The position numbers and the translations under genes were made by a program. DNA of 64,000 nt from Takakia lepidozioides (taxonomy: Eukaryota > Plantae > Bryophyta): positions 78,988,001-79,052,000 of the forward strand of contig CM060732.1 in NCBI GenBank assembly GCA_030704615.1, given 5' to 3'. Position 1 is the first letter of the stretch. Each line of letters starts with the position of its first letter. Positions 25,396 to 37,149 of the stretch are shown here, piece by piece. The notes under the pieces were generated by a model. It saw nothing but the letters and a program-made list of their open reading frames with translations. It was not told the DNA's origin and made no database searches.

Positions 25396-28300
25396 CCTAG
25401 AGAATCACTTCAATTTTAGTAGGATTAAGGTTCCTGGCTGTTCCAGCCCAGGTGTTCTGTTCCTTATATTATTGTTTGTTCCATTAGCTCTCTCAATGTT
25501 ATGTGGACGTTCTATCTCTCTTATAAAGCTCTTTTCCAGAACCATGTTAGAGGGTGACTGGAAGACAATCATTTGCATGCCATGTACTATCCAGCTGAAA
25601 TCCAGCGCGTTCTCTCAAGTCAACACTGTCAATAAGAGTTACCATAATTTTTCATGCAGCTCAAATTTTATTCATGTTGACTCTCTGGTCGAGGGATAAC
25701 CCACATCTGGCTCCAGAGGTGTGATATTCTCAAGGCTACAGTAACCTAGTCTTTGCAGGAAACAAAGTCCATATTCTCTTTGGGCAGTGATATAAGTCAG
25801 TTTCTTTTGACCCCCTGCAGGCTAGTGTTGTTCCACACATTGGGTAATATCTCAAAGTGCCTAGCAAGAGTAGGGACTGGATCATCACTTGAGATAGAGA
25901 CCCTCCAAGAATATTACAGATAGATGCTGCACCCTCAACAACTAGGATGTACCTCTTCCATCCATGGATGGATTCAATGCCATCTCAGCCCATACATATC
26001 TCCCAACACAGAAGAAAATTGACACTGTACTTCCCTCACCTTCACATTGAAAGCCATCCAAGCTCTCATCATCATTGCTTGCGTCTTTGTCCCTTGAACA
26101 GTTGCAGCTCCTAGTTCTCTGCTAGCGGCCACAACATCACTAACCAGACTGTGTAGACCAGCAGACGCCTCTGCATTCATCTTTGCTTGGTCAGACAACA
26201 CTCCAGTGAAGTTCCTTGTGATCATCTCCACCACATCCAACATCCTTTTACCCCCTGGTTCCTTCAGCACATTAGTAGATCTTTCCAGAGGGTCCATTGT
26301 CCGACCTCTGCCACGTTGCAACCTTTCATCCTCACAACATCCAATACGCACAAATCGAGATTCCTTGGCTCGATAACTTGACATCAGCTTTACCTGCATC
26401 AAAGTTGTGAACATGGCATTCAGAAATTTCCTGACAGCCAGTTTTAGAGGTTGTTATTGGTCAACAATCCAATGGTGGGACAGAGCTTTAGGTTTGCAGA
26501 ACACCCCTGCGTTGTTTGAAATTTGTGTCCACTGCACCAGCCTGCAAACTAGCTAGTATCTTAAGTTACTTCTGCAGTTAGTTAGTAAACAACCAGTTGA
26601 TTATTTCACTTCACTACTCTTAAGATCAGGTAGGCACCCATGGGCATTAGGATTTCAAGTTTGAACTTCTCTGCCGGGTTCAGGATTGAATACAGAGATC
26701 AGCAGCCTTTCACAGTAGGTGTCCTATTTTAAGGAAATATCACTTACATGTTGCACCCAATGGGCTTGTACAACTGAAGTTGGGAAAATCCCAGATTAAC
26801 TACTGGACTGTGATCCAGAGCTGAAGATCTGAAGCTCTTGACTTGAAAAAAGCTTAACTACACAAGATCCTGAAGAAATAGATGATATAAAAACTTGTCC
26901 GTTGAGGGTTTGCTAGGAAATAGGCGATGAAACCAGCTTCTATTCAGGCTTTAGCAAGAAATTGCACATCCTATTAACAATGCCACACTTTATGACCCCT
27001 GGCAAGTCTGCACATCAAGGGTAGTCCAACTTGAACCGAAACTAGACACAACCACGAACACATCACAACACCCCAAGTTCAAAGTAGGAGCTGACAACCG
27101 GGTAGGTATGGACCTGCTCCAAATCCTTCTCATAAGCTGCCCTCAGCCTCCTGCGGAAGTTTCGTGAATTACTTGAGTTGTGGGCACTCCAAGAGCCAGA
27201 CAGCGAAACAAATAACTCCTCATCCCCATGCTTCGATGCTGCAGTTCGACAAGGACTCAGCAAACATGACTCGCCTGAGGTCTGCAATGGATCTGCACCG
27301 TCACCATCCGTCACCTCTCCCTTTTCAACACTACTAGGGTTTGCAAGTTCAGTCTACTTTTTATTTTTTGCTCAAATATAGCATATTCCTTTTCTGTAGT
27401 AAAACAGACTGCATGAAGTGCAAAACTGTGTGTGGAAGTTATCGTACATCTCTTCCCTTCACTTAAACTGGACCGTGTTGGGTGTTTTCCCTCTCTCTCA
27501 AATTTCCTGAAACCCTCACCACTGTGATTCAAACTAGATGTGATTTTTTCTGCTGGATGAACATTGTTGAAAGTCCTAATGGACAACCCCTACCACCAAA
27601 GCAGACCAACATACTCACCAGTATCTTCAGGCCAATCATCAAGGTCTGACACATGCCTTCTCTTGACTCCAGGTGCTCTCCATGCATCACTGTAAGCTTC
27701 TCCTGTGTGTCTCCAAGCATTTGAATTTGCGAGATTTTTTTTTCCTCGCAACAGATCTAATAACCTCACCTCTTCCATCTCTGCATACCCACGTCTAGCA
27801 GCTACACAGGCTTCCATCTTGCCATATCTGTTCTGCTGCCTGATATCAGGGTAAACATATTATTCTTGATTTATTTACTGCTGAACACCCTGCTCACACT
27901 GGAAATTTTGATAAGGAGGATCTACATGGCAAATGGAGGTACATTTATGTCTTTTATACCACTCTTGAGATTAACCAATAATCACTAGAGAAACCATCAG
28001 CCTATACAATCAAGTGATAGTTTGTCCAACAACAATCTCCAGGATCTTGTCCCGATTTTTCAAGTAGTGCAATACCTGAGCATTGCGTATTTATTGCTTA
28101 TCCATTCAGTCTAATCTAACTTAATGCTTCACTCAGCCAATCAGTTATGATCCTACAGTTAAAATGTAATTCAAAGGAATGTAAGAACTCATGACATGAC
28201 AAACATTAGAATCCATACCACTACAATGATGTAACATATATCAAAAGCTTGCATCTACACAGATGTAGATCTGGAGAGCTGTATGCAGGCTGCATTCTGC

Positions 28301-30139
28301 GGCTCATCAATGTACAGTAGCTAATTGTGATTGCGCCATGTCCACTGCTAGCAACTACAACCATGATGGGCTATGGATCTTGTAGCAATCTCTTTGAGGT
28401 CAAAGAAAGTCCCACCATCTATTTGCGATGAATGTCTTCAAAGAGAGGGAAAGTGTAACTTTGCTTCCTTCAGTGGCTTGTGTAGGTAGAGCTATGAAAA
28501 TGCACCTTTGAATAACTCGTGGAGCACGTTTTCACAGAAATTATGATGCCATAGTTAAAGAGCTGATGTATCCATGTGATCTAGTGTAACAGGCATACAG
28601 AGACCCTTCCTCTGAGGACAAAATGTGCCTTGCCACCAGTTTAGCCCCAGCATAGCCATTGCAAAGTAACCACATGCATCTGGCAACTGATTGTCAAGAT
28701 GCTCTCAGCCATCCTCTAGCATACTACAATTTCTCAGAGTGTCCTCAAAGCCCATCCTAACAAAATCATTAAAACCAAAATGGAGCACACAAAGATGAGC
28801 GAAAAGTCGTAGTGATGAAACCAACTGCAAACACAAACGCTTTATCTGTGAACCATCTTTGTACTTGAGGAAAGTTTCCATACATCCGAACAGAATCTTT
28901 GAAGTCATCTGCAGAGACTCCACTCCAGCTAAAAGCTGCAGGTCTGAGGTGCTAACACACTTGTTCCATGCATCCTGCCCATTTCTACACAAATGTTCAT
29001 AGGCAGAATTGGCTGAGACCCCATTACAGTATGCTTACAAGGAAATTAGACGAACCTGCTGTCCCTAATCTGCCTTTCGTCACAGAAAACTGACATTTAT
29101 GGGAGATTCATTACAATTCTTGCTCACATTCTGCAACTCTAATACAGTGGAGTTACAAGGAACATGAGAAACTCAAGGAACTAACACAGCTGCTCCAACC
29201 AATCTGCCCTCCCTGAGACATGCTAAGGCTTCATTTGCTTGTGCTAAGGGAAACACAACTGTCTTTGTCTTGACAGGAACTTTGGGAGCGAGGTCTAGAA
29301 ATTCTAAGGCGTATTCCCTTGTCAGGTTGGCGACAGACAAGAGGTGCCTTTCACCCCAAAGAATTGAGTAAGGAAAGGAGGGAATAGGAGACATGCGTAT
29401 GCCGCCACAAACAACAACCCCACCCTTATGAACAGCACGTAAGGCAGCTGGCACAAGTGGGCCTACCGGGGCAAAATTATGGCTGCATCCAATTCCACCG
29501 GAGGCAAATCTGATGAACCACCAGCCCAGATAGCACCTAGCTGCAATGCAAATTCTTGTGCTTCTGTATCGTTTGCTCGCGTAAATGCATAAACTTGATG
29601 TCCTTCGTAGATTGCAACCTGCACAAATTACAAACACATAGTGGAACAGCCAGCTTGAAAACAACCAAAATATCTGAGGATTCTCCAGCAAACGTGCACT
29701 GCTTCTCTCTCATCACAGAATCAAAATGGCCCTAAGCAACAAGTAACAATTTCAACAAATTTCAGCATAACAGTCTGGCATACTCCAAATGGAGTCAGTA
29801 GAATTAGTCATAAAATAGCCACATCACATTCATTGTTTTGCCCAAATATAACAGGCGAACACGCCATTCACATGCACACACCTGGGCAATAATATGTGCC
29901 GCAGCACCAAACCCATAAATGCCAATGTGCTTCTTCCCACATTGCCCTGGTACAAACCCTGTCTTTCGGAGACAACGGTAACCAATCAAACCCGCACAAA
30001 GCAGTGGAGCCACTTCTATATCAGAGTAGAGGCTGGGGAGAGGAAAGCAGAACTTGGAGTGAGCAACTGTGTATTCTGCATACCCACCATCAATCTGATA
30101 ACCTGCCAACCGAAGATTACATTATGAGTCCTCCCAATA

Positions 30140-30390
30140 GGCCTTCCCCACCTCCCTCCATCTCTCAACTTTGAAAATCTGGAGGCTGAGCCTAAGCCCT
30201 GGCCCTGTTGGCGTCTAATTGCTGGGCAGCTCACACACAGCAGATCGATGCTTGTGTGAAGGGCTGTTTAGAGTTTATACCAAGGTAAGTCCCACTATCA
30301 GAGTGAGGCCCCCACAAAGGTAGTGTCTGTTTCCTTTTGTTCCGCCCAAACTGGGTGCGGGGTCTATGGCCACAAGGCTACGGAAAACAA
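30140..30390 (+). mobile_element. LINE 3'-end fragment (same family as 19819-20257) in ADH intron 2
   Basis: Shares gatgcttgtgtg...ccaaggtaagt...tccgcccaaactg...tatggccacaaggctacgg with the other copies. Confidence 0.7.
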
Positions 30391-30544
30391 CATCTTCTCT
30401 CTAAAGTATCATTTTGTTCCATTTCTCTAACTTCCCATCCATTCAGCTTTTGGTGCTCAAAGAGGACATGTCAGTGTGCTAGAACAGCTAACGTGGCTGT
30501 TGGGGACAAGTTTAGTATATCACCCTTGAGCTCTCGATTTGATT

Positions 30545-31340
30545 AGTTCAAGGTGAGATGGTGGGGTCAGTTGAATCGCATGCCTAAAACCAGATACCCT
30601 CAGACGATCGACTCAATTTATTGGAAGTAAAAGACCATCCTGTTAAACAGGCAACGAGGTTTCATTATCAGCCACTGGTCGTCAAGTCCTGGCGGAAAAG
30701 GGTAAGGAGACTTTCAACTACCTGAATATTAAGCAGGAAGAACTGACCCTGCTAGATGAAGCTGAGGTGGAGGGCTGAAGTGTCTAAGGCTCTGTCTTAA
30801 GCATAAAAAATGTCTACACAAAAACGAATTTGGCAAAAAACTTCCCTGAACTTTCTTTCAGTCTGTGACAGGGGTGAGGACGTTAAGGATGACCTGAAGG
30901 GCCCTACCCTCGGCACTAGGCTGAAATTTAAACTCGCGGCAGGGAGTCTACCAGTGCACAATACACAGATGCAGAGAGGAAAGGGAGGTTGTCAGTGCCC
31001 AATGTGTGGGCAGACTGAAGACAATGTCCGGGGTATTCTCATCAGAGAGCAACCCTCTTCAGGTACATCAAGAACATAGCCTGCAACTTCATTCACCAAC
31101 TTCCAAAATTTCAAGGCTGAGACTAAAGCCCTGGCCCTGTTGGGGTCTAACTGCTGGGCAGATCACACACAGTAGATTGATGCTTGTGTGAAAGACTTTC
31201 TCGAGGAATCTGGAAATCGAACAAATATCACGGCAGTCCCATTAATGGAGTGAGTCCCTCACAAAGGTAGTGTCTGTTCCCATTTGTTCCGCCCAAACTG
31301 ATTGAAGGTTATATGGCCACAAGGCTACGGCAAACAAGGT
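30545..31340 (+). mobile_element. Longer LINE 3'-end fragment (same family) in ADH intron 2
   Basis: Encodes RWWGQLNRMPKTRYP, RLKFKLAAGSLPVH and CQCPMCGQTED, and ends in the shared tail ggccacaaggctacggcaaac. Confidence 0.75.
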
Positions 31341-33904
31341 CTTATATGTTCTTCCTATTCCCAACAGTACATGGGCCCTGCTTCAGACATGATTTCTTTC
31401 ATTCTCTCTATAGTGTGACTCACAGTGCGCACTCACAACCCCCTAAGTTCCACATGTCGCTAAATTTGTACATTCAAATCAACATTCTGATACTAGTAAT
31501 AACTAATAACATGTCCCTTAAATAGGGCTCAATTTCCAAATAACCAGCAACCGAATTCTCAGGATGTGTACAATTCGTTTCTCCACTAGTGGGTGCGAAT
31601 CCTATCACTTGTTATCAAGGGTTGAAATCCTGAGGGGATTATTGACTCAACGTCCGTCCGTCAATGATCCCATTATTTCTCTCCCCTGCCCCTTTCCCAG
31701 AAGTCTTTTTTAGTCAGGTTTCCGGCCAAATCTTCCTGAAGGACTGTCCATCCCTGTTATCACCCTAGACTCTCTTCTTCTCGAGACTGACTAATGATAT
31801 ATTAAAACTCAGAAGGAATTTCTACTAGCCTGTGAAGGCAGCATTGTCACAAATATTCTCCTGGCCCTTACAGCAATACCGGCAAGACCCACATGTATAG
31901 CCGAGCCATGGTATCCCAACCCTCAAACCAATGCTTAAGCAGGTTGCATCAACACCAGGACCAAGCTTGTCGATAACCCCTACAATTTCATGGCCTGGAA
32001 TGATTGGCAACTTAGGGTCCTTCAGATCACCATCCACCTGCCCATACCATGCATAGCTGCAAATTCTAACTTAAAAGAGAGAAAAATATGCTCTACATCC
32101 AGATCTTGCACGGAGGTGTTTGCAGACCAGGCATTGCTACACCCCCACCAAGATTCAGAGCCCTCGGTATTTCAGGATTCTTGTTCTTTTCAGGTGATAG
32201 TTTTTCAAAGTATTTCTCTATGTACTTTGCATGACAGTACTAAGCTATATTATGAGTGTGCCCTGCATCACGCTCAAGCGCTCCCACTGCGCTATTTTAC
32301 AATTTCTCACTTTGTATCAATGTCTCGGCATTGGTTGTATAGGCTCAAATAGACGCCAAAAGAGACTGATCAAGAGCCAGATAAATGTCGTCACTTCACA
32401 CATTGTAACAAGGACAATTTGATACGGAACCTTCATGGGGATAAGCGAATTACCGAAATACAATTTACCACGTTCCCGTCAGATATTTGCTTTAGATTCT
32501 ACCACTTTAGGTTTGTGAGGGACGGCTCACTATTAGACCATCAGTAACCTTACATCAAAACCGACAATTTCCATTTGCAACTTCTGAAATTGACACATGC
32601 ACTAAACTGTCAATTTCAGAAGCTGAAATGGAAATTGTGGAGGAAATTGAAACACATTTCACGACAAATTTCTGCTTTCCTGTTACATAATAGCCATTTT
32701 CATAGCCACTGAAGAAGACAGCTCACCACATGAAGATCAGTGCGACAAACAGCGCAGGCCGTGACTCGCACACGAACCTGGCCTTCCAAGGGCTCTGGCA
32801 CCTTCACTCTTACACCCCGTTAAAGAGTTCGTTGGGACTCCAGAACCACCGCTCTCATCGTACCGCTCTCCTCCACAAAGCCCTCTGATTTTGCTACAAT
32901 TCCACAAACAGCCTGGTGATTTTCTGCAGTCATCCCTGTCATGAATGCTAAGATCTGATCACTGCCCTCGACGGAAGATACGGAAAACCTGGGAAATCAA
33001 TACGGGCAAACTCGGGTATGATCATGTACAAATCAAATAAAAATCCGGAAGTGGACTACGACGAGATCCTGCACTCATAACAACTCCAAAACCAGGATTT
33101 TTCAACGAGTCAGGATTTGAGCATGCACACAAATTGGGGATAGGGACATAGTCCCCTCTCCACTTCACCACGTTTTCTAGAAAATTCCGATTTCTAAGTT
33201 GCTAGAAAAGCAGGCACGAATCGAGAATTGTTGCTCTCTTTAGCAAATGCGAGAGAGACTCTCTTGTTTCACAAAATGAAAGCGCCCATCGTTTGGAACA
33301 GCACTGTTACATCCACAACTGGATGACATTCAAATGAGTTACATCCTTAGCTATATTGGATGAAGAGGCTAGGTTTTGGAAGTTTTCTTTTTTACATCCT
33401 TGAAAGCTGTTGTGCCTTGGGTGATCATCTCAGCAATGATCTTTCTGTGTAGAGCAGTGGTCTTCATGTGAATAGGACCTGTCATAGGATAGAAATTCAG
33501 ATTGCATCAGCTACATTGAATTTGGGTATTTAGAAAGGAGATAGAGGAAAGAAGCTAGAGACAAAAAGAGGAAGAGCATTACATAATTATTGCATTTAGC
33601 TTAGTGATCTCGTCTCTCATCGGGGATTGCACCTTGAAACTCTTGAAGCTGATTGAAGAGCCGTTTCCTGAAGCAGCACACAAGCTGAGAAAAAAAGAAC
33701 AAAGAGCGCTCAGAAACAGATACTCCTATGAAAATACTCACAATCAACTCCAAAGATGCACCCTCCAAGTGTGGCATCCTGTATAGACTAAGCTAAATGG
33801 ATAAGCATAGTTCTCCGTTCTCCACCTAGGCAAGATGTCTTCACAATGCCTCTCCCTTGGAGGACAGAGCAAATAAATGCATTATTTTAAATATATTAAA
33901 AAAA

Positions 33905-34765
33905 ACCAGCAACCGCCATAATACGGCAGTCGCTTTATTTTATATATATATGAAAACCAGCGACCGCCATAATATGGCGGTCGCTTTATTTCAAAAATAT
34001 TTTTAAAAAAAAACCAGCAACTGCCATAATATGGCGGTCACTTTATTTTAAAATTATTTAAATTATTAAACATATATTTTTAATATTTTTAATTTCAGAA
34101 AATGCAACGTCCGCCATACTCGGGGTCGTTTTTATTTTTTATTTTATTAAATAGATCGATCGCCATTATTGGCTGTCGCTTTTTTTTTTACTTTTTAAAA
34201 TGGAGCGACCGCCATTACTAGCGGTCGCTTGTATATTTTAATTTCTAAAAATGCTGCGACCGCCTTATTTTTATTTTTAAAAAAATAGAGCGACCGCCAT
34301 TACTGGTGGTCGCTTGTATATTTTTAATTTCTGAAAATGCTGCGACCGCCAGTAATGGCGGTCATTTTTATTATTATTTTTAAATAGAGCGACCGCCATT
34401 ACTGGCGGTCGCTTGTATATTTTTAATTTCTGAAAATGCATCGACCGCCAGTAATGGAGGTCGCAAATTTTTTTTTTAAATAGAGCGACCGCCATTATTG
34501 GCGGTCGCTTGTATATTTTTAATTTCTGAAAATGCTGCGATCGCCAGTAATGGCGGTCGCTTTTTATTTTTATTTTTTTAAAATAGAGCGACCGCCATTA
34601 CTGGTGGTCGCTTATATATTTTTAATTTCTGAAAATGCTGCGACCGCCAGGAAACGCGGTCACTTTGATCTTTTTGTTTTTTTAATAGAGCGACCGCCGT
34701 TACTGGCGGTCGCTTTTATTGTTTAATTTTTTAAATAGAGCGACCGCCATTACTAGCGGTCGATT
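33905..34765. repeat. Array of about 17 GC-rich 24-bp hairpin repeats (GCGACCGCCA-TTAC-TGGCGGTCGC) separated by AT-rich spacers
   Basis: Copies recur about every 50 bp. Over the right part of the array the loop orientation alternates (ttac/gtaa), giving a higher-order unit of about 100 bp. Confidence 0.9.
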
Positions 34766-35226
34766 TTTTTGTTGTTTTTTTGTTGCTTGTAAAAGATGTG
34801 TCTTGCGCGTGGACCGAGGAATGAGAGGGGGGGGGGACAGATAAGCCAATGGAGGCTCATTCTCCCCTCACTTCCTCTCCACACAACTTTTGTTTCTTTG
34901 CATGTAACTATTCCACGACACGTAGTAACATGGAGAAGGACGCCATTGGCTGGAGGGATTTTTTTGCCGCCATTTTTGCGAAGTCGTTGCATAATGCTCC
35001 CATAGCCCCTCCTCTGGCTTCCGGGAACATTTCATTCTACAAAATTAGCTTTTAATAACTATTATGACACTTATTCAAACCCGTTTCGTGTTAAGGGTTT
35101 AGGATCAATTGTAATTTTTCAATCGAGATTCCTTAGTTCTTAGCCATTTCCACGTTTGTTTCAGTAGTGTTTAACTTCTTGTTACTTATTAGTAAACGTC
35201 GTTTAGGGTTGCTCCGATTGTTACAA

Positions 35227-36480
35227 ATGGCAAAGGGCCAGGACGATGAGCGTCATGGAAGAGATGACCCCTATGAACATGAACCGCCCCCCTAAGAAAA
35301 TCAAATGATCAAGGCGTGACTTGAATTGGGAAGTATATGATGACCCTAGCATACTAGCAGAAGATGGATGGAAGGATTTTCCAAAAGAGTTCAGGTGGTC
35401 GAGTACGAGATGCAAGAAAATCGTGAAATAGTGTCACATCAATCGATTGTGGCCTAGACCTAGGCATGTGGTGCAAATCAGAAACAATTGCGCGGATTTC
35501 AGGTCTTGCATGAACTTGCATTTCCACCATAGGCCGACTGAAGTCCATTGCACATTGTGGGGTGAACCACACTTAAAGGGCCAACTCACGTACACCTTGG
35601 CAGCTATGTTGTACGTGGAGGTGATACTGTTGCGTCCAGTGAATTGGCAAACTGTTAGTAGGAGGAACGCAACGATGCAATACCATTTCGTCGACATCCC
35701 GGACACGTTTGGAACACCCCCGGCTACGATACTGGGCGTGCCCAAGGCACCGGTGCAACAAGTATCTAGAACGTTAGAGGATGAACTGGCGGAAACAAAA
35801 CAGCGAGTCCGAACCCTGGAGGACCTTGTGGAATGGCAAACACTGCGCATAGCCGAGTTGGAGGGTACGTTGCAAAACATGCCTGGAAACAATGAAGGAA
35901 CTGTCCACAATGACGTTCGAACGAACGACGTGGACATATCCGTGGAGTTTACAATGTCAGATCGCAGTATTGACCGCATCATTGCCGGAATTACGGACGT
36001 CCTTGACCCTGAGGCCGATGAAACCATGGTTGATGAACAACAAATTGTGGATGAGAGAAGTAGAAAAAAAAAAAATCCGGTACTAAAAACCGGAGAATGC
36101 TCGAGGGTAGCCATTCAATCCGATACCATGGATGATGTCGACGCGTTACAAGGGAGCGGAACATTATCATGGCAACTGCATGGCGGTTGTCAAAAACATT
36201 GGAGATTCAGGCATGGGTCACATGGATGGCGATTGGGAGAATTGGGTACAATGGGCGACCCACTTGGCCTCAAGAGAAACACTAGTAGAGCGGACACTGT
36301 CGCCTTGCAACGTGTCGCATGCATGTCAAACCGTAGCGTGGATAGCATTTATGACAACATGCAAAGGTATAAAGATCTCCGCAATGCATCAAGCATTTTC
36401 ACCGGGTACACGAACTAGGCAGATGTGGAGTCTATGTTCGATCGATGTGAGCACAGGATTTCGAGATCGAACAGAAGTAT
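35227..36480 (+). pseudogene. Decayed uncharacterised ORF, likely transposon-associated, with a coiled-coil segment
   Basis: The 323-aa frame extends upstream through in-frame stops. Contains LYVEVILLRPVNW and a heptad-like LEDELAETKQRVRTLEDLVEWQTLRIAELEG. No family recognised. Confidence 0.4.
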
Positions 36481-36702
36481 AAACTGAGAATTAGAGAGAG
36501 AGAGAGAGAAGAGTGGAACACCACGCCAAGGATGAGCAGACATATCAACACGGTCAACAAGGAGGAGATACCACGAGGCATTTTGCCGTCATGGATATCG
36601 GCAAAATTGCTCTCTCTCCCACCAATCAGGAATGTCTCCCGCACGCACCGTTATCTCCTAGTCAGATGTGACCCAGAAATACTGGGGTGATTTAACTTAT
36701 GT

Positions 36703-37030
36703 TCAGTTTTCGGCATGTATGCCATGCATTTCTCTGTCTGCATCCCACAACAAGTTTTTGCCCCAATGCACACAATTCAAAAATGTATATGGTTGCCCAT
36801 CTAATGGGAGGTTGTGTCGATTGTATTCAAAACCTATCGGCATCATGTCCTCCGATCCCACCAGCTCATAGAAACGGCGATGGATTGGTGTACGACATTC
36901 TGGGCAAGCGCTCGTCCGTAAGGATTGCGGGATAAGACATGTGAGATAGAACATATGTTTACATGATCCAAGTACATGACATCCCTCTGGGCCGTATGGA
37001 TTCATGTACATCGAACAAACCGTGTCATCT
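36703..37030 (-). pseudogene. RING-finger-like fragment
   Basis: C..CMNPYG...SCKHMFYLTC...CPECRTP follows RING Cys/His spacing with one ligand lost. No full gene is evident. Confidence 0.5.
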
Positions 37031-37149
37031 ATAAGTTATAATGAGTTACGAACGATCGTCTTCCTGATAAAATTCACCTAGTCTCGTATTTCATAATCAT
37101 GTCGAAAATTCGATCTACGAATGAAGAACATACCCACAAAGTTAACGAA

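Larger units (their letters stand above)
29173..32942 (-). pseudogene. Zinc-dependent alcohol dehydrogenase (MDR superfamily, bacterial AdhP-like subgroup); exons 32942-32727, 32037-31830, 30102-29882, 29618-29173
   Basis: Motifs [79 protein letters not shown]. In-frame TAA at 32820-32822 and a 1-nt loss in a T-run near 29473. Confidence 0.88.

Noticed and set aside
33905-34765. CRISPR array
   Set aside because: Spacers are low-complexity and repeat each other, repeat orientation alternates, there are no cas genes, and the context is eukaryotic.
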